DNA of 64,000 bases, taken from positions 1,504,001-1,568,000 of the forward strand of contig OY969474.1 of NCBI GenBank assembly GCA_963700145.1, in the 5' to 3' direction. A program made the position numbers and the translations under genes. Below are positions 46,111-55,442 of this stretch, in pieces; the stretch's first letter is position 1; the number at the start of each line of letters is the position of its first letter. This DNA comes from an uncultured Acidobacteriota bacterium. Its GTDB lineage: Bacteria > Acidobacteriota > Thermoanaerobaculia > Multivoradales > UBA5704. The notes beneath the pieces are model-generated. The model had not been told where the DNA came from, searched no databases, and saw only the letters and a program-made list of their open reading frames with translations.

Positions 46111-48075
46111 GTGAAGCGCGTCCGCCTCCTCGTCCTCGCGAGCGTCGCCGCGCTTCTCATCCTCCTCGCCCAGCTCGACCTTCCGTTCGTCAGCGCCTTC
46201 GCCACGGTGGTGGTGGCGCTCGCCGCCATCGCGCTGTTCCTGTGGCTCCTCTGGCGCGCCTTCCGCGCCTTCCTCTGGAGCGTCGGGCGGCGGCTGGCCT
46301 TCTCCTACTTCCTGCTCGGCGTGCTGCCGATCCCGATGCTGGCGCTGCTGGCGGCGGTGGCGACCTACCTGCTGGCCGGCTTCTTCCTCGGCCACCTCTA
46401 CCGCGACACTGCGCGCGCTCTGGAGGCGGACCTGACCGTCCTGGCGCGCGAGCGGCTGGCGGACTTCGCGGGCGGCGCCACCCCGGAGGGGAGCGGCCAG
46501 GCCTCCTACGCCTACTACCGCGACGGCCGGCGGATCGCGGGCGACGCGCGCGCTCCCGAGAGCTGGCCGGCGTGGGTGGCGGCGCGCAGCGCGCCGGGGA
46601 CCGCCGCGCGCGCGGGGGCGCCGCCGATCTACGCTCTCCCCGACGGCTCCCCGACCCTCGCCGCTCCGGCCGCGCGGAACGGGCGCGGCGTCCTGGCGCT
46701 GCCGGCCGGCGACCTCGACAAGAGCCTCCGCCGGCGCGGCGACTTCTGGATCGAGGTGGCGGTGCCGGAGGAGGGGGAGCCCGATTTCGTCAGCGTCGAG
46801 ATCGGCGAGAAGAAGATCCCCCTCCAGTGGTCGGCCAAGGGGGCGCGCTCGGGGGAGGCGCAGCGCTTCTTCGGCGCCCCCGACGGGGCGGGCTGGCGGG
46901 ACCGGCCGGTGCTCTGGTGGGGGGAGGCCAGCGGCCCGCTGATCGACCTGGCGACCGGCAAGGAGCTGCCGCGGTACGCGGCGGTGACCCTCAACGCCAC
47001 ACCGCGCATGGTGCAGCGCCACCTCCTCTCCGGCTCGGCCGAGGTGGACGCCGCCGCCTGGGCCCTGCTCCTCGCCGTCAGCGCCCTGCTCCTCAACCTC
47101 TACGCCGTGGCGGCCATCATGGCGGTGGTGATGATCGTCGGCCTGTCGCGGGCGGTGAACCGGCTCTCCCGCGCCACCGCGGCGGTGCGCCGCGGCGACT
47201 TCGCGGTGCGCATCCCGGGGCGCCGGCGCGACCAGGTCGGGGACCTCCAGCGCTCCTTCAACCTGATGGCCGAGAACCTGGAGTCGCTGGTCGCCACCTC
47301 GGCGCAGAAAGAGGCGCTCGAGAAGGAGCTGTCGATCGCCCGCGAGCTGCAGCAGAGCCTCATCCCGCACGACCTGCCGAGCCGCGAAGGGGTGGAGTTC
47401 GCCACCCTCTTCGAGCCCAGCGCGGCGATCGGCGGCGACTACTTCGACATCCTCTCGCTCGGCGAGCGGCGGCTCGCGGTGGTGGTGGCCGACGTCTCCG
47501 GCCACGGCCTCTCGACCGGCCTGCGCATGGCGATGCTCAAGGCCGCCCTGCTCATCCTGGTCGAGGAGGAGCGCGACCCGGAGGACATCCTCCGCCGCCT
47601 CGACCGGCTGGTGCGCTCCGATCCCGAAAGGCGGGTCTTCGTCACCGCCACCTACTCGCGCATCGACCTCGCCGCCGGCACGCTGGAGATCGTCAACGCG
47701 GGGCACCCGCCGACCTATGTGGTGCGGGGCGGGGTCGTCGAGGAGGTGCTCCTCCCCGGCTCGCCGCTGGGCGGCCTGGGGTCGACCTACGGGCGGCGGA
47801 CCCTCCAGCTCGTCCGGGGCGACCTCGTGGTCTGGCTGTCCGACGGCCTGATCGAGGCCATCGGGCCGGACGGCACCCCATTCGGCTACGACCAGGTGAT
47901 CGACACCCTCACCGGCGCGACCGGCAGCGCCGAGGCGCTGCGCAACCGGCTGCTGGCGGCGGTCGAGAAGCACGCCGCCGGCCAGCCGGTGCAGGACGAC
48001 CGGACGCTGGTGGTGATGCGCTATGGCGGCGAGGGAGGGCAGGCCCAGGGGGCGCCCGCCGGGATCGAAGGCTAG
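46111..48075 (+). CDS. Membrane PP2C/SpoIIE-family phosphatase with HAMP domain
   Basis: TM helices; HAMP (GDF...DQVGDLQRSFNLM); GGDYFD, DVSGHG, NAGHPP, SDGLIE and DDRT motifs. Confidence 0.92.
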   Translation: MKRVRLLVLASVAALLILLAQLDLPFVSAFATVVVALAAIALFLWLLWRAFRAFLWSVGRRLAFSYFLLGVLPIPMLALLAAVATYLLAGFFLGHLYRDTARALEADLTVLARERLADFAGGATPEGSGQASYAYYRDGRRIAGDARAPESWPAWVAARSAPGTAARAGAPPIYALPDGSPTLAAPAARNGRGVLALPAGDLDKSLRRRGDFWIEVAVPEEGEPDFVSVEIGEKKIPLQWSAKGARSGEAQRFFGAPDGAGWRDRPVLWWGEASGPLIDLATGKELPRYAAVTLNATPRMVQRHLLSGSAEVDAAAWALLLAVSALLLNLYAVAAIMAVVMIVGLSRAVNRLSRATAAVRRGDFAVRIPGRRRDQVGDLQRSFNLMAENLESLVATSAQKEALEKELSIARELQQSLIPHDLPSREGVEFATLFEPSAAIGGDYFDILSLGERRLAVVVADVSGHGLSTGLRMAMLKAALLILVEEERDPEDILRRLDRLVRSDPERRVFVTATYSRIDLAAGTLEIVNAGHPPTYVVRGGVVEEVLLPGSPLGGLGSTYGRRTLQLVRGDLVVWLSDGLIEAIGPDGTPFGYDQVIDTLTGATGSAEALRNRLLAAVEKHAAGQPVQDDRTLVVMRYGGEGGQAQGAPAGIEG

Positions 48076-48821
48076 AGGGTCGTGCTGGCGGTGGCAGCCG
48101 GAGCGGCGGCAGGGGCCGGCAGCTCGAGGCCAAGGTTGCCGAAGATCCGCTTCACGTAGTCGCGGGTCTCGCGGTAGGGGGGGACGCCCTGGTAGCGCTC
48201 GACCGCCCCCTCGCCCGCATTGTAGGCGGCGAGGACACGGGGGAGGTCGTTCGGGAAGCGGTCCACGAGCCAGCGGAGGTAGGCCATCCCGGCATGGAGG
48301 TTCCGCTCCGGCTCGAAGAGCTCGCGCGTCTCCACCCCGAAGCGGCGGGCGGTGGCCGGCATGAGCTGCATCAGGCCGCGGGCGCCCTTGCGGGAGACCG
48401 CCTTCGGGCGGTAGGCCGACTCCTGGCGGATCATGGCAGCCACGATCTGCGGGTTGACGCCGTGCTTCTTCGCGCCGGCCAGGATCAGGTCGGCGTACGG
48501 CGTGTCGGCCGGGACGGCCTGCCCCTCGGCGAAGAGGAGGGGGATGCCGGCCTCGGCCGCCATCGCGGCCCCAGGCACCGGCTCTGGCTCGGGGAGCACC
48601 TCGTCGTCCACCACGTGGGCGACGCGGGCGAGCGGCAGGGACATCCGGCCGCCGGAGGCGAGGACGAGCTGGGCCCGCTCCCCGACCACCTCGTAGCCCT
48701 GGACCTTCAGCACCTCGCCCCCCCCGAGGACGACCAACTCGGCGCCGGCCGGACGGGGCACGAGGGCCCCGGCCGCCAAGGCGAGGCAAAGCAAGAGCGA
48801 GGAAGGTTCGAAGCGGGGCAT
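48072..48821 (-). CDS. Lytic transglycosylase (SLT domain)
   Basis: Signal peptide; IRQESAY, GARGLMQLMPATA, LAAYNAGEG and PPYRETRDYV motifs. Confidence 0.93.
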   Translation of the reverse strand: MPRFEPSSLLLCLALAAGALVPRPAGAELVVLGGGEVLKVQGYEVVGERAQLVLASGGRMSLPLARVAHVVDDEVLPEPEPVPGAAMAAEAGIPLLFAEGQAVPADTPYADLILAGAKKHGVNPQIVAAMIRQESAYRPKAVSRKGARGLMQLMPATARRFGVETRELFEPERNLHAGMAYLRWLVDRFPNDLPRVLAAYNAGEGAVERYQGVPPYRETRDYVKRIFGNLGLELPAPAAAPAATASTTL

Positions 48822-48940
48822 CGGCTCCTTTGATTCTACGGGACAGCCGGCCGTCGCGCCTAGGCGGGGTTGGCCACTCCCTCAAACCCCGGCCGGAAAG
48901 GCCGAATTCCGCCAGCGCCGCGCAGGGGCGAGCGGGGAGA

Positions 48941-49852
48941 TCAGGAGCGGGGATGGAACCGATCGTAGAGGCTGCGCAGCCGCTGCTGGTGGATGTGGGT
49001 GTAGATCTGCGTCGTCGAGATGTCGGCGTGGCCGAGCATCATCTGCACCGCCCGCAGGTCGGCGCCGTGCTCCAGGAGGTGGGTGGCGAAGCTGTGGCGG
49101 AGGACGTGCGGCGAGACCTCGCGCACGCCGGCCGCCCGCGCGTAATCGCGCAGCGCCTTCCAGAACCCCTGGCGGGTCATCGTCTCCCCGAGGCGGGAGA
49201 GGAAGACCCCCGCCGTGCGGCCGCCGCCGGCCAATCCAGGCCGCGCCTCGCGCAGGTAGCGCCCAACCCAGGCCTCGGCCTGCTCCCCCACCGGCACGAT
49301 CCGCTCCTTGCTCCCCTTGCCGTAGGCCACCAGGAACCCGGCGTCCAGCCGGAGCTGGGGCAGGGCGAGCCCGACGAGCTCGCTGACCCGCAGGCCGGTG
49401 GCGTAGAGGAGCTCGAGCATCGCCCGGTCCCGCAGCCCGCGCGGCGTCGCCGTGTCGGGAGCGGCGAGGAGCGATTCCACCTCGCTCTCCGAGAGCACCT
49501 TGGGCAGCGGCCGCCAGAGCTTGGGCGGCAGCAGGTTGACCGCCGGGTTGTCGGCGCGTGCGCCGCTCTCGACCTGCTGCTCGTAGAAGGCGCGGATCGC
49601 CGACAGCGCCCGCGCGATCGAGCGCGGCGCGAGCCCCTGCCGCCGCAGCTCCCGCAGGTGCGCGGCGAGCGCCTCGGCGTCGGCGGTCAGGAGGTCGCCC
49701 CCCCGCCGCGCCAGCGCCTTGCCGAGCCGCTCGAGGTCGCGCCGGTAGGCGGCAGTCGTGTGCGAAGAGAGCCCGCGCTCAACCGCCAAGTGCTCGAGCC
49801 AGCGCTGCAGCTCGCGCCGCCAGGCCGCGAGAGGCGCCGCCCCGGCGCTCAC
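48941..49852 (-). CDS. xerD: Tyrosine recombinase XerD
   Basis: GTG start overlapping the upstream stop. ERGLSSHTTAAYRRDL, RDRAMLELLYATGLRVSEL, GKGSKER, HVLRHSFATHLL and LGHADISTTQIYTH motifs. Confidence 0.9.
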   Translation of the reverse strand: MSAGAAPLAAWRRELQRWLEHLAVERGLSSHTTAAYRRDLERLGKALARRGGDLLTADAEALAAHLRELRRQGLAPRSIARALSAIRAFYEQQVESGARADNPAVNLLPPKLWRPLPKVLSESEVESLLAAPDTATPRGLRDRAMLELLYATGLRVSELVGLALPQLRLDAGFLVAYGKGSKERIVPVGEQAEAWVGRYLREARPGLAGGGRTAGVFLSRLGETMTRQGFWKALRDYARAAGVREVSPHVLRHSFATHLLEHGADLRAVQMMLGHADISTTQIYTHIHQQRLRSLYDRFHPRS

Positions 49853-50667
49853 GGGCAGGTTTCGAAGGCGCTGGTGTCCTGGATCGGCTGGAAAGGGAGG
49901 TTCTGCGGGTTGATGTAAGTCTTCACCAGGCCGGCCTGAAGGTCGGTGACGGTGAAGAGGGTGCGCACGTTGGTGAGGCCGCCGGCGAAGACCCAGTAGT
50001 GGTCGCTCGGCAGGCAGCCGTCCAGGACCTTGACCACCGCTTCGACGTTGGCGGGGCTGAAGAACCAGAGGAAGCCGGTGTCCTCGGTCAGCTCGATCGT
50101 GCTCGCCACGCCGGAGAGGGCGGAGTTGGTCAGGAAGCGCCCTTCGACCTTGAAGCGCTCCCCGGCGCCGAGGCAGAGAGCGCCGGTCGAAGGGCAGATG
50201 CCCGACACCGTGCCGGTGCCGCGGACCTCGATCTCGAAGGGCTCGATGCCGGAGTCGGAGCCGTCGAGTGTGAGCTTCAGCACGTCGCTCGCCAACCCCG
50301 CCTGATCGGCCACCCATTGGACGTCAAAGCGCGCCGCCTCCCCCGGCTCGAGCGTGAGCGGCAGGACGCCCGGGGAGATGGCGCCGGTCGCGCTCACGCG
50401 GAAGACCCCGGCGAGGTAGAACGGCGGCGCCAGCGCTTCGGTCAGGGAGATCGTGCCCAGCGCGCCGCACGGGATGGGAGGGGAGCCAATGGCCTCGAAG
50501 CAGACGAAGGACGTCGCCTCGGCGATCCCGCCCAGGTCGCGGCTGCCGAAGTTGATGAAGTCTTTGATCGGCTCGAGGGCCACGCCGGCGGCGAGCGACG
50601 GGGCCGCCGCCCCGAGGGATGCGGCGAGCGTTAGAGCGAATCCCAGGCGGGGGACGAGGTGCGGCAT
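49849..50667 (-). CDS. Secreted protein with conserved C-terminal domain (paralogue 2)
   Basis: Signal peptide MPHLVPRLGFALTLAASLGAAA; Ig-like middle; C-terminal LCL...RFKVE...DTGFLWFF...NVEAVVKVLDGC...WVFAGGLTNV...QDTSAFETCP. Confidence 0.8.
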   Translation of the reverse strand: MPHLVPRLGFALTLAASLGAAAPSLAAGVALEPIKDFINFGSRDLGGIAEATSFVCFEAIGSPPIPCGALGTISLTEALAPPFYLAGVFRVSATGAISPGVLPLTLEPGEAARFDVQWVADQAGLASDVLKLTLDGSDSGIEPFEIEVRGTGTVSGICPSTGALCLGAGERFKVEGRFLTNSALSGVASTIELTEDTGFLWFFSPANVEAVVKVLDGCLPSDHYWVFAGGLTNVRTLFTVTDLQAGLVKTYINPQNLPFQPIQDTSAFETCP

Positions 50668-50675
50668 GAGACACC

Positions 50676-51521
50676 TCACGGGCAGGTGGCGAAGGCGCCG
50701 GTGTCCTGGATCGGCTGGAAGGGGAGGTTCTGGGGGTTGATGTAGGTCTTCACCACGCCGGCCTGGAGGTCGGCGACGGTGAAGAGGGTATACACATTGG
50801 TGAGGCCGCCGGCGAAGACCCAGTAGCGGTTGTTCACCGGGCAGCCGTTCAGCACCTTGACGACCGCCTCGACGTTGGCGGAACCGAAGAACCAGAAGTA
50901 GCCGGTGTCGGGGGTGAGGTGGACCGGGGACGCCCGCCCCTCCTCCGCGGTGTTGGTCAGGAAGCGGGCCTCGAGCTTGAATCGGCCGTCGCCGAGGCAC
51001 ATGCGGCCGAAGAACGGGAAGCAGGCGTCGAGCGCCGTGCCGGTGCCGCTGAGCTGGACCGTGAGCGTGTCTGCGAGCTCGCCGCCCGGACTGCGCGCTC
51101 CCAGGGTGAAGGAGCCGTTCACCTCTCCGACGCGATCGACGGCCCAGTGGACGACCACTATCAGCCGCTGCCCCGGCTGCAGCGCGATGGGGAAGGACGC
51201 GGGGGTCACCGCGCCGGTGGCGATGATCTCGCGGAACGGCCCCCCGAGGTGGAAAGGCGGTGCCGGCGCCGCGTCGAGCGTCACGATGCCCGCGGCGTCG
51301 CAGGTGCCGGGGGTGTCGTCGTCGTCCAGGCAGAGCTCCAGGAGGACGTCGGAGATCTCGCCCAGGTCGCGCTCGCCGAGGCCGATCGGCACCGTGAGCG
51401 GCTCGGCGGCGGCGCCGCCGACGCGCAGCTCGGCGGCGAGGCGTCCCGGCGCCGCTCCGGCGGTCGCCGGGGCGAGCGCGCCGAGGAGCGCCGGCAGCAG
51501 CGCCAGGCGGCGGGCCCTCAC
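50676..51521 (-). CDS. Secreted protein with conserved C-terminal domain (paralogue 1)
   Basis: GTG start overlapping the leuA-like stop; signal VRARRLALLPALLGALA; same C-terminal domain ending QDTGAFATCP. Confidence 0.8.
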   Translation of the reverse strand: MRARRLALLPALLGALAPATAGAAPGRLAAELRVGGAAAEPLTVPIGLGERDLGEISDVLLELCLDDDDTPGTCDAAGIVTLDAAPAPPFHLGGPFREIIATGAVTPASFPIALQPGQRLIVVVHWAVDRVGEVNGSFTLGARSPGGELADTLTVQLSGTGTALDACFPFFGRMCLGDGRFKLEARFLTNTAEEGRASPVHLTPDTGYFWFFGSANVEAVVKVLNGCPVNNRYWVFAGGLTNVYTLFTVADLQAGVVKTYINPQNLPFQPIQDTGAFATCP

Positions 51522-52771
51522 GAGACCGCCGCTCCCACGCCGTGCTCCTTGCACAGGGCGAGGATCTCGCCCTCCTCGAGCACGCGGTCGGACTCCTTGG
51601 CCCGCTCGAAGACGCTGCGCACGAGCTCCGGCTCGGGCTCGATCCCGCGCTCGCGCAGCCAGCAGACGACGTTGGACTCGCCGCTCATCGGCCCCACCTC
51701 GATGACCTGCTTGCGGCCGATCAGGCTCGCCGGCACCGACGAGTAGACCCGGTCGGCCAGCCAATCGTCGCCGCGCTGGCGCGCCTTGGCGATGGCCGCG
51801 GCGTGGACGCCGGTGGCGGTGCGGAAGGCGTCGCGGCCGACGACCGGGTAGTTGTCCGGCAGCGGCACGCCGGTGGCCTCGGAGACCAGGCGGCAGTAGT
51901 CGGGGAGCGACGACAGGTCGCGGTCGAACCAGCCGAGCAGCTGCATGTTGACCAGGAGCTGGTCCATCGGGCAGTTGCCGACGCGCTCGCCGATGCCGAG
52001 GGCCGTCCCGTGCAGCCGGTCGGCGCCGGCCTCGGCGGCGGCCAGGGCGTTGATCACCGAGAGGCCGCGGTCCTCGTGACCGTGCCAGTCGACCTTGACG
52101 TCCTCCCCGGTCGCGTCCACCACCCCGCGGATGAAGCGCACGACGTTGCGCGCGCCGCTCGGCGTGGCGTGCCCGACGGTGTCGGCGATGCAGACCCGCT
52201 TGGCGCCGGTTTCGACGGCCACGGTGTAGAGGCGCCGCAGGTCCTCGGGCGCGGCGCGGGTGGTGTCCTCGGTGACGAACATGACCGGCAGCCCTTCGCC
52301 CACTGCGAAGCCGACCGCCTCCTCGACCAGTCGCAGCATGCGCTCCAGCTCCCACCCTTCGGCGTACTGGCGGATCGGTGAGGAGCCGATGAAGCACGAG
52401 GCCTCGATCGGGATCCCCACCCGCTGCGAGATCTCGACGATCGGGCGGATGTCGGCGATCACCGTTCGGGCGGCGCAGTTGGGGAAGATGGGCAGCCGGG
52501 CCTCGACGATCTCGCGCGCCAGCGCCTCGACCTGCCGCACCACGTGCGGCCCGGCGCCGGGCAGGCCGATGTCGGCCGACTCGATCCCCAGCGCCGCGAT
52601 CTCGTGCAGGATGCGCAGCTTGTCCTGGAGCGACGGCGAGCGGACGGAGGGGGACTGCAGGCCGTCGCGCAGCGTCTCGTCGTCGAGCTCGACCCGCGGG
52701 CGCACCGGACGCATGTCCGGCCCGGCGGCGCGGTTCCAGTCGTGAATGAGGTCGGACTCGGCGGGGCGCAT
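51518..52771 (-). CDS. 2-isopropylmalate/homocitrate/citramalate synthase family protein (DRE-TIM), no C-terminal regulatory domain
   Basis: DETLRDGLQ, EDTTRA, IADTVG, HGHEDRGL and GIGERVGN motifs; 417 aa. Confidence 0.88.
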   Translation of the reverse strand: MRPAESDLIHDWNRAAGPDMRPVRPRVELDDETLRDGLQSPSVRSPSLQDKLRILHEIAALGIESADIGLPGAGPHVVRQVEALAREIVEARLPIFPNCAARTVIADIRPIVEISQRVGIPIEASCFIGSSPIRQYAEGWELERMLRLVEEAVGFAVGEGLPVMFVTEDTTRAAPEDLRRLYTVAVETGAKRVCIADTVGHATPSGARNVVRFIRGVVDATGEDVKVDWHGHEDRGLSVINALAAAEAGADRLHGTALGIGERVGNCPMDQLLVNMQLLGWFDRDLSSLPDYCRLVSEATGVPLPDNYPVVGRDAFRTATGVHAAAIAKARQRGDDWLADRVYSSVPASLIGRKQVIEVGPMSGESNVVCWLRERGIEPEPELVRSVFERAKESDRVLEEGEILALCKEHGVGAAVS

Positions 52772-52781
52772 CGCCCGGATG

Positions 52782-53438
52782 TTACCGCGGGAAGCGGTAG
52801 GAGACGCCCACGGCGGCCGAGGCGATGCCGAGGTTGCCGTACAGGTCGCGGTCCTGCTCCTGGTACTGGGTCTCGGAGTAGCGCACCTCCAGCCCGGCCG
52901 ACCAGGCGGAGGCGCCGAGAGGCACCTCGACGCCCAGCTTCCCGCCGAGGGCGATCTCCGGCTTGCGCCGGGAAAGGCTGAAGGTGTCGTCGATCGAGTA
53001 GTCCACCCAGGCGAGCTGCGGACCGGCGTACCAGTCGAGGCGGCCGGCGGGCGCGAAGTGAAACAGCATCGCCAGCCCGAGCTGCTGGGTGGCGAAGTCG
53101 GGGGAGGACTGGTGCTGCAGGACCGGCCGCACCGTGTAGGGGTTGGTCGAGAAGTCCGGCACGTACTGGAAGAAACGCACGTCCGTTTCGAAGGTCATGC
53201 GACCGGCCGACAGCTCCCACCCGATGCGCGGCGTCTGCCGGAACTCCAACGCCGCCTCGGCACCCCCCTCGCCCTTCAGGTCGAGCGTGCCGAAGCCCGA
53301 AAGTACGCCGTAGGAGGAGCTGTTGCTGTAGTCGGTCCAGAGGCCGCGCGCCCGCAGCGCCCAGCGCGGATCGTCGGCCGCGGCGGCCGGGGCGGTGGCG
53401 GCCAGGAAGGCCAGGCCGGCGAGGAGCGCGCGCTTCAC
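52782..53438 (-). CDS. Outer-membrane beta-barrel protein (OmpW/OmpA-like)
   Basis: Signal peptide, alternating beta-strands, C-terminal VGVSYRF. Confidence 0.75.
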   Translation of the reverse strand: MKRALLAGLAFLAATAPAAAADDPRWALRARGLWTDYSNSSSYGVLSGFGTLDLKGEGGAEAALEFRQTPRIGWELSAGRMTFETDVRFFQYVPDFSTNPYTVRPVLQHQSSPDFATQQLGLAMLFHFAPAGRLDWYAGPQLAWVDYSIDDTFSLSRRKPEIALGGKLGVEVPLGASAWSAGLEVRYSETQYQEQDRDLYGNLGIASAAVGVSYRFPR

Positions 53439-54538
53439 GGCCGCGCCGCGACGGCCTCGCTGACGGCGCGCGCCAGGAGGTCTCCTACTTGCGAGGTCGT
53501 CAGGGTGCCGCCGAGGTCGGGGGTCGTCCGCCCCTCGCGCAGGCTCTGCGCCACGGCGCGCTCGACCTCCGCCGCCGCTTCGCCGTGCCCCAGCGTCTCG
53601 AGCATCAGCGCCGCCGACAGCACCGCCCCCACCGGGTTGGCGCGGCCGGTGCCGGCGTACTTGGGGGCCGAGCCGTGGACCGGCTCGAACATCGAGGTGC
53701 GGCCGGGGTGGAGGTTGGCGGAGGCCGCGAGCCCGAGCCCGCCCTGGAGGGCGGCCCCCAGGTCGGTGACGATGTCCCCGAACATGTTGTTGGTGACGAC
53801 GACCTCGAACTGCTCGGGCTTCAAGACCATCTGCATCGCCAGGGCGTCGACGAAGAGGTGGCGCGCCTCGATCCCCGGGTACTCCGCCGCCACCGCGGCG
53901 AAGACCCGCTGCCAGAGCTCGTGGGCGTGGCGCATGACGTTCGACTTGTCGGCCATCACCACCGACCGGCGGCCGCGCGCCGCCGCGTACTCGAAGGCGG
54001 CGCGCACGATCCGCTCGACGCCGCGGCGGGTGTGGATCTCCTCCTGGATCGCGATCTCCTCCGGCGTGCCGCGCTTGAACTGCCCGCCGACCCCGACGTA
54101 GGCACCCTCGGTGTTCTCGCGGAAGACGACGAAGTCGACGTCCTCCTCGCGCTTGCCCTTGAGCGGGCAGAGCCGCGCGTCGTAGAGCTTGACCGGGCGG
54201 AAGTTGATGTAGAGGTCGAGGCCGAAGCGGATGCCGAGCAGGATGTCGGCGGCGTGCTTCATGTCCGGCACCCGCGGGTCGCCGTAGGCGCCGATGAAGA
54301 TCGCGGCGTAGTGGTCGCGGAGGTCCTCGAGGGCCCCCGGCGGCAGCGTCTCGCCGGTCGCCAGGTACCGGTCGGCGTCCCAGGGCAGCCGCACCAGCTC
54401 GAGCGGCAGCTCCCAGACCTCCGCCGCCGCTTCCAACACCTTGACCGCCTCGGCGGTCACGTCCTTGCCGATGCCGTCGCCCGGCAGCACCGCGATCCGC
54501 TGCGGCCGGCGCTCGCGCGGGTCGGTGGGGGTCGTCAT
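53435..54538 (-). CDS. leuB: 3-isopropylmalate/isocitrate dehydrogenase family enzyme
   Basis: LPGDGIG, RENTEGAY, DKSNV, NMFGDI and FEPVHGSAP motifs. Substrate is not certain. Confidence 0.8.
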   Translation of the reverse strand: MTTPTDPRERRPQRIAVLPGDGIGKDVTAEAVKVLEAAAEVWELPLELVRLPWDADRYLATGETLPPGALEDLRDHYAAIFIGAYGDPRVPDMKHAADILLGIRFGLDLYINFRPVKLYDARLCPLKGKREEDVDFVVFRENTEGAYVGVGGQFKRGTPEEIAIQEEIHTRRGVERIVRAAFEYAAARGRRSVVMADKSNVMRHAHELWQRVFAAVAAEYPGIEARHLFVDALAMQMVLKPEQFEVVVTNNMFGDIVTDLGAALQGGLGLAASANLHPGRTSMFEPVHGSAPKYAGTGRANPVGAVLSAALMLETLGHGEAAAEVERAVAQSLREGRTTPDLGGTLTTSQVGDLLARAVSEAVAARP

Positions 54539-54565
54539 CGGTCCGATGCTAGCAGCGGGCAGCTA

Positions 54566-55345
54566 TCAAAGGCAGGCGGCGCTGCGGGTGGTCGGCGCCG
54601 GATGCGGCACGCCGCTCGGCAGGGCCACCTTCGGCACGAAGCCCAGCTCCAGCTCGAAGGGAATCTCGGGGCAGAGCCAGCAGGAGTGGAGCGGCGGCCA
54701 GGCGGGGTCGCCGGCGAGCGGCAGGAGCTCGGGGAGGAGGCCGTCGGCCAGCACCTCGGCTTGCATCGGCCAGACCGCCGGGGGCTCGATCGCCTGGCGC
54801 GTCTGCACACGGCGCAGGCCGTGGCGTCCCTCGGCGTAGCCGCGCTGGCGGTTGCGGAAGTAGTCGATCGCCCGCTCCAAGGGGCCGAGGCGCGGCCCCT
54901 CCCCCACCGCCGGGCTGTCCGGCCAGGCCTCGACCTCCAGCGGGTGGCTGCCCTGCACCGACCAGCGCCAGCGCCCGTTGCCCTGCTCGCGCGAGGGGCG
55001 CGGGAAGTCGAGCCGGGCGCGGGCGGCCGGCTGGTGCGAGACCAGGCGCACGCCGGGCACCACCCAGGCCGGCATCAGCATGCGCAGGAAGAGGACCGAG
55101 GGGACGGACGAGGCGTCGAGGACGTAGAGCCGCAGGTTGAGCTGCGGGTAGGAGAGGCGGAGGCCGGGGATGCCGCCGACCTGCATCCGTTCCTGGTAGA
55201 AGAGGAGGGCCGAGGCGAAGACCCAGTCGCCGCCGCGCCAGGCGTGGACCTCGTAGCGCAGCGGCGCGGGCGGCGGGGGCAACGCCGCGGCCGGGAGCGC
55301 CCAGTTGAGGTAGAGGCAGTCCCGCACGATGGTCCGCAGCAACAT
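54566..55345 (-). CDS. DUF2071 (YqjF-like) protein
   Basis: DCLYLNWALP...LP...SYPQLNLRLYV pattern; start MLLRTIV. Confidence 0.65.
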   Translation of the reverse strand: MLLRTIVRDCLYLNWALPAAALPPPPAPLRYEVHAWRGGDWVFASALLFYQERMQVGGIPGLRLSYPQLNLRLYVLDASSVPSVLFLRMLMPAWVVPGVRLVSHQPAARARLDFPRPSREQGNGRWRWSVQGSHPLEVEAWPDSPAVGEGPRLGPLERAIDYFRNRQRGYAEGRHGLRRVQTRQAIEPPAVWPMQAEVLADGLLPELLPLAGDPAWPPLHSCWLCPEIPFELELGFVPKVALPSGVPHPAPTTRSAACL

Positions 55346-55442
55346 GGCGTGGGCACCCGTCGTCGAAACATAGCGTGGAGGGCACGAGGGGGCAACTGCT
55401 AGAGTCCGCCCGCCCATGATTCCTACGGAGGTCCCCCACGCG

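Noticed and set aside
48890-48904. Small hairpin CGGCC-GGAAA-GGCCG as an ncRNA or terminator
   Set aside because: Too short, no U-tract, and likely to arise by chance at this GC content.
48941-49852. Integrase marking a mobile element
   Set aside because: The sequence fits chromosomal XerD and sits in a housekeeping operon; no att sites, phage or conjugation genes were seen.
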